DNA of 31,361 nt from a virus (Duplodnaviria > Heunggongvirae > Uroviricota > Caudoviricetes). A program made the position numbers and the translations under genes. Under the pieces are notes generated by a model. That model had not been told where the DNA came from, ran no database searches, and saw only the letters and a list, made by a program, of their open reading frames with translations. Within the stretch, counting starts at the first letter, position 1, and each line of letters starts with the position of its first letter. Positions 1 through 8,961 of this stretch are shown piece by piece. Location: positions 316,732 to 348,092 of IMG/VR virus record IMGVR_UViG_3300037512_000782; one strand, 5' to 3'.

Positions 1-23
1 CTTTGTTGATATTGAAAAACATA

Positions 24-941
24 TTATCCTAGTTTATGCTGGTCGACGTCGTAACCGAGTTCGATCAGTTCCTCTCTTGGTATGTATCCGCAGTTGCGCA
101 CGTTCATGTTGTATAGGTCGAGCAAGTACAGGAGCTGTTCACGATGATCCTCAAGGAACTGGATGAACGCCGTGTGGTTGTACTTGTCCTCGTTGCGCAG
201 ATGGTACTTGTGGCGGATGCCGTTGTTGCCGTTTTCGAGTGCGATGACCGGGACGCCAGTGTAGTAGCACTCAAGGCCGATGAAGCCGTCCTCGCCGCCC
301 CACGTCCCAAGGAACTCGCTGGAGAAGGTTTCCTCTCTTCCGTACAAGGTAGCGTTAAGTTGTCTCAGATATCCGAGCGCGGCTAAGTTCATGCCGAAGT
401 TGCACGTCCATACGACGCCGGAGTCGACGAACATGGCCTCGTACAAGATTTCGGTAGGTACGTCGTGGAATATTCCGCAACTGCTTTCGGCGGTGTCCCT
501 CTGGTCTTGCCAGTTGTACATCGCTTCCTTGCGCTTGCCTACTGATACCTTTGGCTCTTTGCTGTCAAGCACCGCCATGTGGGACTTTATCAAGTCTGGC
601 TCCGGTATGCAGTCGCCGTCTATGAACACGACGGCGTCGATGTCGCCGTGCTTGATGATGTAGTCAACGGCGCAGTTCCTCACATGTCCGGTGAGGAACC
701 AATCGACTCCGTGGGTCATCGTAGGACGGCCTACGTAGTCTGGCTTCTGGTAGATTGGATAGTATTGGATAAGCGGGTCGTTGCCGATAATCGACTGAGC
801 TTCCACGCTTTCCTTAGCAGTCGGTCGATCGGCCATGTACAGTACGTGACACGGCTTCACCGACATCGCATGTATAGCGGCCTTCATTTCGGCCAGATAC
901 TTATTCTGACCTCTTGCTGGTATCGCTAGTAGCAGATTCAT
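24..941 (-). CDS. Glycosyltransferase, GT-A fold (GT2 / galactosyltransferase-like)
   Basis: VFIDGDCIP DxD motif preceded by RNCAV; downstream WTCNFGM and F-x-G-x-WGGED acceptor-site motif typical of GT2/GT7-C domains. Confidence 0.85.
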   Translation of the reverse strand: MNLLLAIPARGQNKYLAEMKAAIHAMSVKPCHVLYMADRPTAKESVEAQSIIGNDPLIQYYPIYQKPDYVGRPTMTHGVDWFLTGHVRNCAVDYIIKHGDIDAVVFIDGDCIPEPDLIKSHMAVLDSKEPKVSVGKRKEAMYNWQDQRDTAESSCGIFHDVPTEILYEAMFVDSGVVWTCNFGMNLAALGYLRQLNATLYGREETFSSEFLGTWGGEDGFIGLECYYTGVPVIALENGNNGIRHKYHLRNEDKYNHTAFIQFLEDHREQLLYLLDLYNMNVRNCGYIPREELIELGYDVDQHKLG

Positions 942-1059
942 CGTTTACCTCGTTGGATGAAATATCCTCGACTGGGTATTCGTCGTCGGCCAGTGACGGC
1001 CCACGGAAGAACGACCAGTCGTTCGGATCACGAGGCAAATTTAGCAAAATGTTCATCAT
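901..1059 (-). CDS. Small acidic 52-aa peptide (MMNILLNLPRDPNDWSFFRGPSLADDEYPVEDISSNEVNDESATSDTSKRSE), not in ORF track
   Basis: Manual translation; ATG 9 nt downstream of a consensus -10 box; fills the gap between promoter and GT gene and overlaps the GT start by 41 nt. Confidence 0.5.
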   Translation of the reverse strand: MMNILLNLPRDPNDWSFFRGPSLADDEYPVEDISSNEVNDESATSDTSKRSE

Positions 1060-1068
1060 ATTGCAAAC

Positions 1069-1097
1069 AATATATACTATTCGCCTCGTTTTGTCAA
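1069..1097 (-). promoter_or_regulatory. Sigma70-type promoter TTGACA-N17-TATATT
   Basis: Minus strand reads TTGACA AAACGAGGCGAATAGTA TATATT; intergenic. Confidence 0.8.
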
Positions 1098-1108
1098 GAG
1101 GGAAATAG

Positions 1109-2014
1109 CTATTTGTGGCTATTTTCCTCTTCCAAGTCCATCTTCGCCGTATTCATAAGGATTGAATACAGCTGTTCGTCGAGGCAGAACTTGTCCTTGT
1201 TCAGTTCAACGGACTTGACGATGTTGCCGTCCTTGTTGCGCTTACCAGCGGCCTTCCAGTCCTCGTACATTTCCACGAGGGCGTAGAGGTTCATCCCGGC
1301 CACGCCATTCTTGTAGAACTGCGGATGGTGGTCGTTGTGGGCGTAATGGTGCTCAAGGGTCTCCGACAGCTCTTCGAGAGACTTGGCGTACTCTGGGGAG
1401 CCGTAGGTCATGTCCTTGAGCTTCAGCGTGGCACGGTCAAATCCAGCCTTCTCTGGCTGTTGTAGCTTCGACAAGTCGTGTGCCGCCGCCCTGAAGGTAA
1501 TCTTGTTGCAGAAGTGCTGGATATTCCTAGCTACTTGCTGGCGGTGTTCTTCGGTTGCTGCTGTAGAGTCGATCACGTCGTCCTCGGTGGTAGGCTGATT
1601 GCTAATGTTTATACAATCCTCGTACACGCCGAAGCAGTAAATCGATATAGAGTTTTCCGGAAGTACGGCTTGTTCGCCAGCTCGGTTGGTAATTGTGAAG
1701 AGTTTCGCGTCGTTTCTGATGTACAGATAGTCGGAGAACCAGAAGTCGAAGTAGGTGGCGCGAGTCAGGTCGATTTTGTTGTCGCCGACATGGATGAAGC
1801 GCACTTCGTCTGAATCGTATTTGTGGATAGTAGACTGGATCTGGTACAACCACGACGACATTGCGGCGATGCCCAAGTGGTGCGGCATCGTCTCGAAGGC
1901 TTTTGCGTAGGTCTGTCCCAGGCTGCCCTCTTCGTAGTACATGTCGCCGTTGAATTCGTTGGAGACGAATACGTTGCCTTCTTCGTCTATGTACACAAGT
2001 TTTCCACGTGTCAT
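1109..2014 (-). CDS. Two-domain protein with C-terminal HD-like (DUF5662-like) domain
   Basis: C-terminal H...HDLSK...HHYAHNDHHP...EMYEDW metal-ligand pattern; N-terminal ~140 aa unrecognised; acidic T/E/D linker. Confidence 0.65.
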   Translation of the reverse strand: MTRGKLVYIDEEGNVFVSNEFNGDMYYEEGSLGQTYAKAFETMPHHLGIAAMSSWLYQIQSTIHKYDSDEVRFIHVGDNKIDLTRATYFDFWFSDYLYIRNDAKLFTITNRAGEQAVLPENSISIYCFGVYEDCINISNQPTTEDDVIDSTAATEEHRQQVARNIQHFCNKITFRAAAHDLSKLQQPEKAGFDRATLKLKDMTYGSPEYAKSLEELSETLEHHYAHNDHHPQFYKNGVAGMNLYALVEMYEDWKAAGKRNKDGNIVKSVELNKDKFCLDEQLYSILMNTAKMDLEEENSHK

Positions 2015-2199
2015 TTGTTATCTCTCTGGTTGTTTTCTGATTGTTCAAAGTTATCGCAAAGGTCATTCAACATGTCGGTAATGATGTCATTCACGATCTT
2101 CGGTATATCGATGCCGAACACGCGCTTTGCGACCAAGTGTATCAGCAACACTTCAGCCGAAAGCCCTACTGCATATAGGATAAATAACAATATCAGCAT
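2011..2199 (-). CDS. Small membrane protein
   Basis: Hydrophobic N-terminus; start reassigned to MLILL at 2199 (GAGG RBS); ATGA overlap with next gene. Confidence 0.6.
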   Translation of the reverse strand: MLILLFILYAVGLSAEVLLIHLVAKRVFGIDIPKIVNDIITDMLNDLCDNFEQSENNQRDNK

Positions 2200-2207
2200 C
2201 GATTCCT

Positions 2208-2744
2208 CTAGTAATACCAAACGGCGTAACAGCTCGTCTTGCCGTCCTTCTCGGTCGGAGGCTCGCTGTCGTAGTCGTCGAATCCGTGCTCAAAATTACT
2301 TGTTTCTTCCACGAGCGTCGCATAGGAGATCGGAGCATCCTCTTGTTCCATCCAGCAGATGAGGTTGGATACGCCCCAGTAGTTGGATTCACACTCATCC
2401 TTGACGCTCTTCGGCATTTCGTCCACGACGTACTTGCCGTCGAGTGATCCGTCGTAGAACGGCTCGATCTCCTTCGGATGGCGGAGGAACCAGAGCACGG
2501 TCTCCTTGCTCAGTTCTACGGAGTCTTTCTGGAAACCTAGTACATGGTTGAGGAAGTACTTGTCGTATCCGATGTACGCTGTATCTGCGTCGATCAGCGT
2601 CGCGTCATGTCGGCCCTTGTAGCCGAATCCGTCGGCGAACAGTTCGCCATTGACAAAACGGGCGAACGCCTCGTTATCGGCGCACACAAAGCAGTGTGCC
2701 GACGAGGAGTTCGTCTCGAAGGTATTGGGTCTTACAGTGCGCAT
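2208..2744 (-). CDS. FETNSSS-motif family protein #1
   Basis: N-terminus MRTVRPNTFETNSSSAH; TAATG coupling to upstream paralog. Confidence 0.85.
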   Translation of the reverse strand: MRTVRPNTFETNSSSAHCFVCADNEAFARFVNGELFADGFGYKGRHDATLIDADTAYIGYDKYFLNHVLGFQKDSVELSKETVLWFLRHPKEIEPFYDGSLDGKYVVDEMPKSVKDECESNYWGVSNLICWMEQEDAPISYATLVEETSNFEHGFDDYDSEPPTEKDGKTSCYAVWYY

Positions 2745-3220
2745 TATTGGTTTCCGAAGTATCCGAACGCCACTATGCCGTTCAACGAGTCATAGAATGT
2801 CTCGTAGTGGTAATGGTCGGAAATGTAGTAGTTATGCACGTTGCCGATGGAGTCGCTGATGAACGACTGGCGGATGTTGGCAATGACCCATTCCTCGTCA
2901 GTGTAGTCAGCGCGGCAATCCTCGTCTACATAGCTCCATTCGCCAGTGCCCATAAGAGCTTTCTTGAAAGTATCGAACGTAGGAATCTGCCCACAGAGCT
3001 TATTCTCGAAGTATTTCTCCATGTACGGACTCCAAGTAGAACGGTCTCTCTTGTAGATCGAGATGAACTGTTCATAGAGTTCTTCCGCAGTCTGCAAGGA
3101 TTCCCAATGCAAGAACAGCTCCATGTTCTTGAACTTCTCGTAGTTCTCTGTGGTACACATGCAGAGCACATGGGTAGACGAGGAGTTCGTCTCGAAAGTA
3201 CCAAGTCGTACAGTCTTCAT
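2744..3220 (-). CDS. FETNSSS-motif family protein #2
   Basis: MKTVRLGTFETNSSSTH; C-terminus IVAFGYFGNQ; AAGGAG RBS. Confidence 0.85.
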   Translation of the reverse strand: MKTVRLGTFETNSSSTHVLCMCTTENYEKFKNMELFLHWESLQTAEELYEQFISIYKRDRSTWSPYMEKYFENKLCGQIPTFDTFKKALMGTGEWSYVDEDCRADYTDEEWVIANIRQSFISDSIGNVHNYYISDHYHYETFYDSLNGIVAFGYFGNQ

Positions 3221-3229
3221 ACAAACTCC

Positions 3230-3667
3230 TTAGCATCCACCATAGTAGCCAAACGCGACGACTTCGGTGCCCTTGATGGTAGCGTGTCTCTCGAACGTCT
3301 CGTACTCGTCGAAGCCAAGACGGTTGAACGGCTGGAAGCTTTCGTCGCGGAGCCAGTCGGACACATAGTCGGTCTCTTCGCTCTTCTTGTCCCAGTCGTC
3401 GGTAGAGATGATGCGGATAACTTCAGAGAAGGCGGCAACGTCCATCGGCTGACGGTTGTGCTCTTCGCACCATTGAAGGTAGTCGCTCCAGGTAGAATAA
3501 CTGTCGTCGCGGAACTTTTCGAACAGTTCTTCTGCCGAAATGAGCGTTCCGCCACTGTACACGTACTTGCCAGCCTTGTAGGCTTCGTAGGTCTCCGGAT
3601 CCGTGATGCAGATCGCGTGGGTCGCGGAAGAGTTGGTTTCAAAGACATTCGTTCTGATGGTTTTCAT
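3230..3667 (-). CDS. FETNSSS-motif family protein #3
   Basis: True start MKTIRTNVFETNSSATH at 3667, 1 nt after upstream stop; C-terminus VVAFGYYGGC. Confidence 0.85.
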   Translation of the reverse strand: MKTIRTNVFETNSSATHAICITDPETYEAYKAGKYVYSGGTLISAEELFEKFRDDSYSTWSDYLQWCEEHNRQPMDVAAFSEVIRIISTDDWDKKSEETDYVSDWLRDESFQPFNRLGFDEYETFERHATIKGTEVVAFGYYGGC

Positions 3668-3668
3668 G

Positions 3669-4199
3669 TTAACCCCAACCATATTTGCCGAAGGCTACGA
3701 CATTCACGCCTTCGATCGTTTGTTCATAGGAGAACCATTCCTTCTCGTCATCGTCCTTCCATTCCTCGCACGTCTGCATTCCGTTTTCGGACAGCCATTG
3801 GCCAATGAATTCGAAAACTTCGCGATTGAGGTGAGTATTCTCGCCGAACTTGTCTGTAATCTCTTTCTTGAAGCTTTCAGTAAGTTCGTATCTGTCGTGT
3901 GAGTAGCAGCGCCGTGCTACCTTGTAATTCTGGATAACGAACTCGAATTCCTCGGCAGTCAGCTTTTCGGCGCGGTTCTCCGCGAGGTACTTCTCGTACT
4001 CGTCACTCTTGTAATCGCCATCTTGGTCGCCTTCGAGGAACATCTTGTACATATCGGACACGGTGAACAAGTCCTCGTGTTCAGTGCTGTACATGCCTTT
4101 GCCGTTCTCGAAGTCATCCCATCGAGATGCGGCAACCATGGTTAATGAGTGTGTCGATGACGAGTTCGTCTCGAACACACACGGTCTGACAGTTTTCAT
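3669..4199 (-). CDS. FETNSSS-motif family protein #4
   Basis: MKTVRPCVFETNSSSTH; C-terminus VVAFGKYGWG. Confidence 0.85.
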   Translation of the reverse strand: MKTVRPCVFETNSSSTHSLTMVAASRWDDFENGKGMYSTEHEDLFTVSDMYKMFLEGDQDGDYKSDEYEKYLAENRAEKLTAEEFEFVIQNYKVARRCYSHDRYELTESFKKEITDKFGENTHLNREVFEFIGQWLSENGMQTCEEWKDDDEKEWFSYEQTIEGVNVVAFGKYGWG

Positions 4200-4201
4200 C
4201 G

Positions 4202-6151
4202 CTAGTCCTCCAGCCAGTCGTTGAAGCTTGCGTCGCTTGGCATGCGCCAGTCGGCACGAGGAGAAAGGGACAGAGTACCAACCTTCGGGCCGTCAGGTAC
4301 GCAGCTACGCTTGAACTGCTGCGTGAAGAAGCGGCGGAGGAAGGTCTTGAGGGCCGTCTCCAGTTCGACTTCGCTGAAGTCTCCCTCGAACGCATACTTG
4401 GCGAGGTAGAGGATCTTGTCCGGCGTCGCACCGTACTTTACGAAGTGGTACAGATAGAAGTCGTGAAGGATGTAGTCGCCGAGGATGGATTCGGTCTTCT
4501 GCGTGATGTTTCCGTCCTTGTCGGTCGGAAGAAGCTCTGGGGAGACCGGAGTAGCGAGGATGTCCATGAGGACTTTGGACAGTTCGGCCTTGTCGCATAC
4601 CAAATCGGCATAAAATCTGACCAAGTAACGGACAAGCGTCTTGGGGATGTCGCAGTTTACGGAATACATGGACATGTGGTCGGCATTGTAGGTACACCAG
4701 CCGAGCGCGATTTCGGACAAGTCGCCAGTGCCGATGACGATGCCGTGTTCCTTGTTGGCCACGTCCATCAAGATCTGCGTACGTTCACGAGCTTGCACGT
4801 TTTCGTAGGTCACGTCGGCAATGTTTGGATCGTGCCCGATGTCCTTGAAGTGCTGGAAGCAAGCTTCCGTAATGTCGATGGTACGGAGTTCCACGCCGAG
4901 ATATTCGGCCATCTTTTCCGCATTGCCCTTGGTGCGCTTGGTAGTACCGAAGCCGGGCATGGTGATGGCGAGAATGTCCTTCGCTGGACGGTTCAAGAGC
5001 TTGTAAGTCTGGTAGATCACCAGCAATGCCAACGTGGAGTCAAGACCGCCAGAGAGTCCAATGACGGCTCGCTTGGTGTTGGACGCCTCAAGGCGCTTGG
5101 CAAGGGCAGCGCACTGGATGTTGAAGATTTCGCAGCACACTTCATTGCGGTGGTCACGAGTGCTCGGTACGAACGGAGTCTTGGCAACGTAACGATGCTT
5201 GAGTTCGTCAGACGTCATGATGAACGGAGCTCTGGCCGCACGGATGTCATACGGAGTAGAAATGAAGTCCTGGAAGTCGCCTTCGGAGATGCGCTGCATG
5301 GTGAGGCGCTTCACGTCGATATCGGCGTAGATGATTTCGCTCTCGCGAGAGAAGCGGTTTTCTTCGGCAAGCTTGCTGCCGTTCTCGGCGATGATCAAGT
5401 GGCCGCTGCAGACCATGTCGGTCGTGGATTCGTGGACACCAGCGGAGGCGTACACGTAGCCAGCCATGCAACGTGCGGACTGGTTGAGGACAAGGTTGCG
5501 ACGGTAGTCGGCCTTGCCTACGAGCGCGTCGCTTGCGGACAAGTTCACGATGACCTGTGCGCCAGAGAGCGCAAGGTATCCGCTTGGCGGATTCGGCACC
5601 CAGAGGTCTTCGCAGAGTTCACAGCCGATGACGAGGTCTTCGTCGGTCTTGATGAGGTTGGTGACCGGGACTTTGGCCCATCCGCAAAGCTTGCACACCT
5701 TCGGAATGCCACGGAGGAGTTCACGACCGCTGCTGAAGTAGCGCTTCTCGTAGAACTCGCGCTGGTTCGGAAGGTAGACCTTCGGAGTCACGGCGACGAT
5801 AGCGCCGCTTTCGATGAACACCGCGCAGTTGTAGAGGCGGCCATCGATGCGTACGGGTGCGCCGACGGCAACGATGATCTTCTGGCATTCGTTCATGGTG
5901 AACGCCTTGATGCGTTCGAGCGCTTCCTCGGCCTTATTGAGGAGCTGTTCTTGATGGAACAAGTCATTGCAAGTGTAGCCAGTGATGCACAGCTCCGGAA
6001 ACACGATCATGGTGGATTGCTCGTGGTACGCCTTGTTGATGCATTCGAGAATCTGGTCGGTGTTGTACGTTGTGTCGGCCACCTTCATCTTTGGACAAGC
6101 TGCAGCAAAGCGGTAAAAGCCGTGTTTGTTCATGGTGATATTTTCGTTCAT
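4202..6151 (-). CDS. nadE: Glutamine-dependent NAD+ synthetase
   Basis: N-terminal nitrilase-type glutaminase domain (FPEL, PKVYLPN..EFYEKR, ELCEDLW) plus synthetase domain (GLSGGLDST, ENVQARERT, GTGDLSE, QQFKRSCVPDGPKVG..SLSPR.DWRMPSD). Confidence 0.96.
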   Translation of the reverse strand: MNENITMNKHGFYRFAAACPKMKVADTTYNTDQILECINKAYHEQSTMIVFPELCITGYTCNDLFHQEQLLNKAEEALERIKAFTMNECQKIIVAVGAPVRIDGRLYNCAVFIESGAIVAVTPKVYLPNQREFYEKRYFSSGRELLRGIPKVCKLCGWAKVPVTNLIKTDEDLVIGCELCEDLWVPNPPSGYLALSGAQVIVNLSASDALVGKADYRRNLVLNQSARCMAGYVYASAGVHESTTDMVCSGHLIIAENGSKLAEENRFSRESEIIYADIDVKRLTMQRISEGDFQDFISTPYDIRAARAPFIMTSDELKHRYVAKTPFVPSTRDHRNEVCCEIFNIQCAALAKRLEASNTKRAVIGLSGGLDSTLALLVIYQTYKLLNRPAKDILAITMPGFGTTKRTKGNAEKMAEYLGVELRTIDITEACFQHFKDIGHDPNIADVTYENVQARERTQILMDVANKEHGIVIGTGDLSEIALGWCTYNADHMSMYSVNCDIPKTLVRYLVRFYADLVCDKAELSKVLMDILATPVSPELLPTDKDGNITQKTESILGDYILHDFYLYHFVKYGATPDKILYLAKYAFEGDFSEVELETALKTFLRRFFTQQFKRSCVPDGPKVGTLSLSPRADWRMPSDASFNDWLED

Positions 6152-6160
6152 GTGTGTACC

Positions 6161-6412
6161 TTAGTAGAAAAACACGTACGGACGACCGCCGATTACGGTC
6201 GGGTGCGCGGATGGTTTGTGGGTGGAACGAGGCTCGCTGCACTCGTTCTTCTTTTCAAGTTCGATCTTGGCACGGTATTTCTCGATACAAGCGTCATCGA
6301 GGAGGCAAGAATGCGCACGGTCGGCCTCGGCAGCAAGCCATAAGGACAGACCGATGAACACTACCAGCACAATCAAGAAGACAATATTGAGTTTCCAGAA
6401 ATCCCGATCCAT
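6161..6412 (-). CDS. Small membrane-anchored protein
   Basis: Single N-terminal TM segment; fills gap in operon. Confidence 0.6.
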   Translation of the reverse strand: MDRDFWKLNIVFLIVLVVFIGLSLWLAAEADRAHSCLLDDACIEKYRAKIELEKKNECSEPRSTHKPSAHPTVIGGRPYVFFY

Positions 6413-6420
6413 ATTGAATC

Positions 6421-6939
6421 CTAATCGTGGTTGTCGTTGTCGAGAACGACTTCACCGCCGCCGAACACGAAGCCGTAGAGTTCTTCCGGATCGTCACGCA
6501 CCATCTTTGCGAGGTACATGCAGTCGTCAGATTCGTGAGGTGCGCTCTGGTGGTCGATGTAGCCGGATACGTGCGCCGTAGGTATCTTGTCGTCGTCCCA
6601 CGGATCCACTTCAAACCAGATGGCATGCTGATTGCATTCGGCATCCAGCTTGTAGTTGACGGTTACGCCGTGCGTGGCGAACACTCGCTGGACTTCGGCC
6701 AATACACGTTCGCACTCTTCCTTGTTGGTTTTGCAAATGTAGGAATACGCGATGAGCGCATAGTCGAGAAGCTGCTCAGGCGTAACGAGGGCTTCGCCTT
6801 CTGGGCCCCAGCCGTACTCACCGTCGCAACCGACTTCGATGACGTAGTTGTCCTTGTCGCCGGGTGTGATCGTGTTGAACGTGATGGTGTGCATCGACGA
6901 TGAATTTGTCTCGAATACTTTGTTACGGATAGTCTTCAT
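6421..6939 (-). CDS. FETNSSS-motif family protein #5 (distinct subtype)
   Basis: MKTIRNKVFETNSSSMH; body with GEYGW, GYIDHQS, FVFGG..LDNDN unlike the other copies. Confidence 0.85.
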   Translation of the reverse strand: MKTIRNKVFETNSSSMHTITFNTITPGDKDNYVIEVGCDGEYGWGPEGEALVTPEQLLDYALIAYSYICKTNKEECERVLAEVQRVFATHGVTVNYKLDAECNQHAIWFEVDPWDDDKIPTAHVSGYIDHQSAPHESDDCMYLAKMVRDDPEELYGFVFGGGEVVLDNDNHD

Positions 6940-6945
6940 ATTGAC

Positions 6946-7620
6946 CTACGTGTGGAAGAAAGAAAGTGTACTCTTGTTGACGAGCAAGTCCTTGGCGTCG
7001 TAATCTTTGTCGTCGCCCACGTCGGTAGAGTACATGCCTTCGGTCGACTTCTTGTAGTCATCCCAGATAAGGTTGCAAGCAAGACCGACTTGACGAGAAA
7101 TCACTACGACCTTCTCGTCAATGTAACCTTGGTGTAGACGGCAGAACTCCTTGAACTCGGACGGACGCATGGTGTCGTAGTAGTTGTTGAGAGTACGGAA
7201 GCAGCATTCGTAGTTATTGTCCTCGTCCAAGACAACGTAATCGACTTCCTCGTTGACCAACTGATTGTAAGGGATACGGTGTCCCTTGTCGTCTACGACA
7301 TACACGTTGACACCCTTGGGCATCGGAAGCGCCATGTTGGCGTAGGCATACTTGAGGTCGTTGAGGACTTGCGTCATCGAGTCCGGGAACTTGCTTGCGC
7401 AGTGTACGGCCATCGTGCAGAGATATTCGATGATATCCTTCACGTCGCTCGTGCATGTGCCACTGCCACCGCAAGTCCAGTAGTGCTTGACCTCGACTTC
7501 GAGGATGCCGTCGGCATTCAGCTTGGGAAATTCTTCCGGCGAGCGCAACTCTTCGGAGAAGGTGATGCTATGCTCTGAGCTGGAGTTCGTCTCAAAGACA
7601 TGTTTTCTGATGGTACGCAT
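6946..7620 (-). CDS. FETNSSS-motif family protein #6 (longest, divergent)
   Basis: MRTIRKHVFETNSSSEH; TAATG coupling. Confidence 0.85.
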   Translation of the reverse strand: MRTIRKHVFETNSSSEHSITFSEELRSPEEFPKLNADGILEVEVKHYWTCGGSGTCTSDVKDIIEYLCTMAVHCASKFPDSMTQVLNDLKYAYANMALPMPKGVNVYVVDDKGHRIPYNQLVNEEVDYVVLDEDNNYECCFRTLNNYYDTMRPSEFKEFCRLHQGYIDEKVVVISRQVGLACNLIWDDYKKSTEGMYSTDVGDDKDYDAKDLLVNKSTLSFFHT

Positions 7621-8057
7621 TATTCACCCTTGTAGAAAGAAAGTGCCATGATTTCAGTGCCGTTGACCGTAGTTGTGGCAGTAGTCCAGTCGCAGCTGTA
7701 TCCAGCGGTGCAGTAGTCCCTCTGGAGAGTGTAGATAAAGCTATCGTACAGCATGACGTCGATCTCGACGTTCAACGCCGGGATGTTGTGCCAGTCCTCT
7801 ACCCACTTGCAGAAAGTTTCACAAGACGGCATGCGCTTGGCGACTTCTTGCTCGTCGAAAACCATTAGCTTGGTCTGTTCCTTGACATGTTCAGTGAAGA
7901 ACGGGTAAAGATCAGCGATGGGAACCATCTTCTTGTCTTTGGCGTTGTACACTGTACGGCGCTTGACGAAGTCCTCGTATTCCTTCGGCGTGACGAATGT
8001 GACGCAATGCGTCGACGAGGAGTTCGTCTCGAACACGGATTGACGGATAGTACGCAT
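7620..8057 (-). CDS. FETNSSS-motif family protein #7
   Basis: MRTIRQSVFETNSSSTHCVTF; C-terminus VNGTEIMALSFYKGE. Confidence 0.85.
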   Translation of the reverse strand: MRTIRQSVFETNSSSTHCVTFVTPKEYEDFVKRRTVYNAKDKKMVPIADLYPFFTEHVKEQTKLMVFDEQEVAKRMPSCETFCKWVEDWHNIPALNVEIDVMLYDSFIYTLQRDYCTAGYSCDWTTATTTVNGTEIMALSFYKGE

Positions 8058-8059
8058 TA

Positions 8060-8509
8060 TCAGTTGTCCCTATAGAGTGACAGAGCGAACAAGTCTTCGT
8101 CGCCCTTCTGTTTGACCTGGTCTTCGCAGAATCCGGACACCAAGAATTCATCATCGGCATGCAGATAGCGGAGGTTCCGACGGATGCAACTTACGGCAGC
8201 ATCGTCGGCTTCCATGACGCTCACGCCCTTCAGCACGTTGTCCCAGCTGTTGATCCAAGTGACGAATACCTCTTGGGTAGGCGTCAGCGCACGTACGGCG
8301 TCTTCTGGGGCCTCGCCCTTGAGGACAGAATCGTTGACCATTTCCATGAAGCGAGGATACATTTCCGACGCCGGAACGAGTTTTTCCTCGTAGATGTCGT
8401 ACACCAAGGAACGGTCGCGGAACCCATCGAGTTCCTTCTTGGTCAAGAAGGTGACGCAATGTGCCGATGACGAATTCGTCTCGAATACAGTTGGACGGAC
8501 GGTACGCAT
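8060..8509 (-). CDS. FETNSSS-motif family protein #8
   Basis: MRTVRPTVFETNSSSAHCVTF; C-terminus LFALSLYRDN. Confidence 0.85.
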   Translation of the reverse strand: MRTVRPTVFETNSSSAHCVTFLTKKELDGFRDRSLVYDIYEEKLVPASEMYPRFMEMVNDSVLKGEAPEDAVRALTPTQEVFVTWINSWDNVLKGVSVMEADDAAVSCIRRNLRYLHADDEFLVSGFCEDQVKQKGDEDLFALSLYRDN

Positions 8510-8512
8510 AGC

Positions 8513-8923
8513 CTACTCCGATACGTATGCGGAAACCGCATGGAACTTCTGGTCGCCAATAGTGCGTTCACTCTCTTCGATGTCGGCAACGCCGCCATAG
8601 GTATAGATGCCGGAACGGCGGCACGTTTCCCAGATGGCGTTATTCGCGTCTTCGTTGTCGTCGAACGGATCCCAGTCGTTGTCAATGAACTTCTTGGCCG
8701 CTTCGATGAACTCTTCGAGCGTAGGAATTTTGTCCATGTGACGATCCTTGCAGTCGAGCTGGAAGGATACATAGAAGTCTTCCCAAGTGGCCGGACTGTT
8801 CGTGAAGAAGTTGAACAGACCTTCATTGTTCTTGAAGTTCTGGAACTCTTCGTCCGTCATCAAGGTCACGCAATGCGTGGAGCTGGAATTGGTTTCGAAA
8901 ACCGATGTTCTGATAGTCTTCAT
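8513..8923 (-). CDS. FETNSSS-motif family protein #9
   Basis: MKTIRTSVFETNSSSTHCVTL; first gene after internal promoter. Confidence 0.85.
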   Translation of the reverse strand: MKTIRTSVFETNSSSTHCVTLMTDEEFQNFKNNEGLFNFFTNSPATWEDFYVSFQLDCKDRHMDKIPTLEEFIEAAKKFIDNDWDPFDDNEDANNAIWETCRRSGIYTYGGVADIEESERTIGDQKFHAVSAYVSE

Positions 8924-8932
8924 AATGCCCTC

Positions 8933-8961
8933 AATATAGCAAAATTAGATGGAGTTGTCAA
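8933..8961 (-). promoter_or_regulatory. Sigma70-type promoter TTGACA-N17-TATATT (extended -10 TGC)
   Basis: Minus strand TTGACA ACTCCATCTAATTTTGC TATATT; overlaps the 3' end of the Nif3 gene; 9 nt from ATG 8923. Confidence 0.8.

Noticed and set aside
2696-3808. 370-aa plus-strand ORF
   Set aside because: Antisense to three FETNSSS genes
4445-6343. 632-aa plus-strand ORF
   Set aside because: Antisense shadow of nadE caused by codon bias; V/D/L-rich, no motifs
2208-8923. Diversity-generating retroelement as source of paralog variability
   Set aside because: No reverse transcriptase and no near-identical TR/VR pair with adenine-specific mismatches seen in the window
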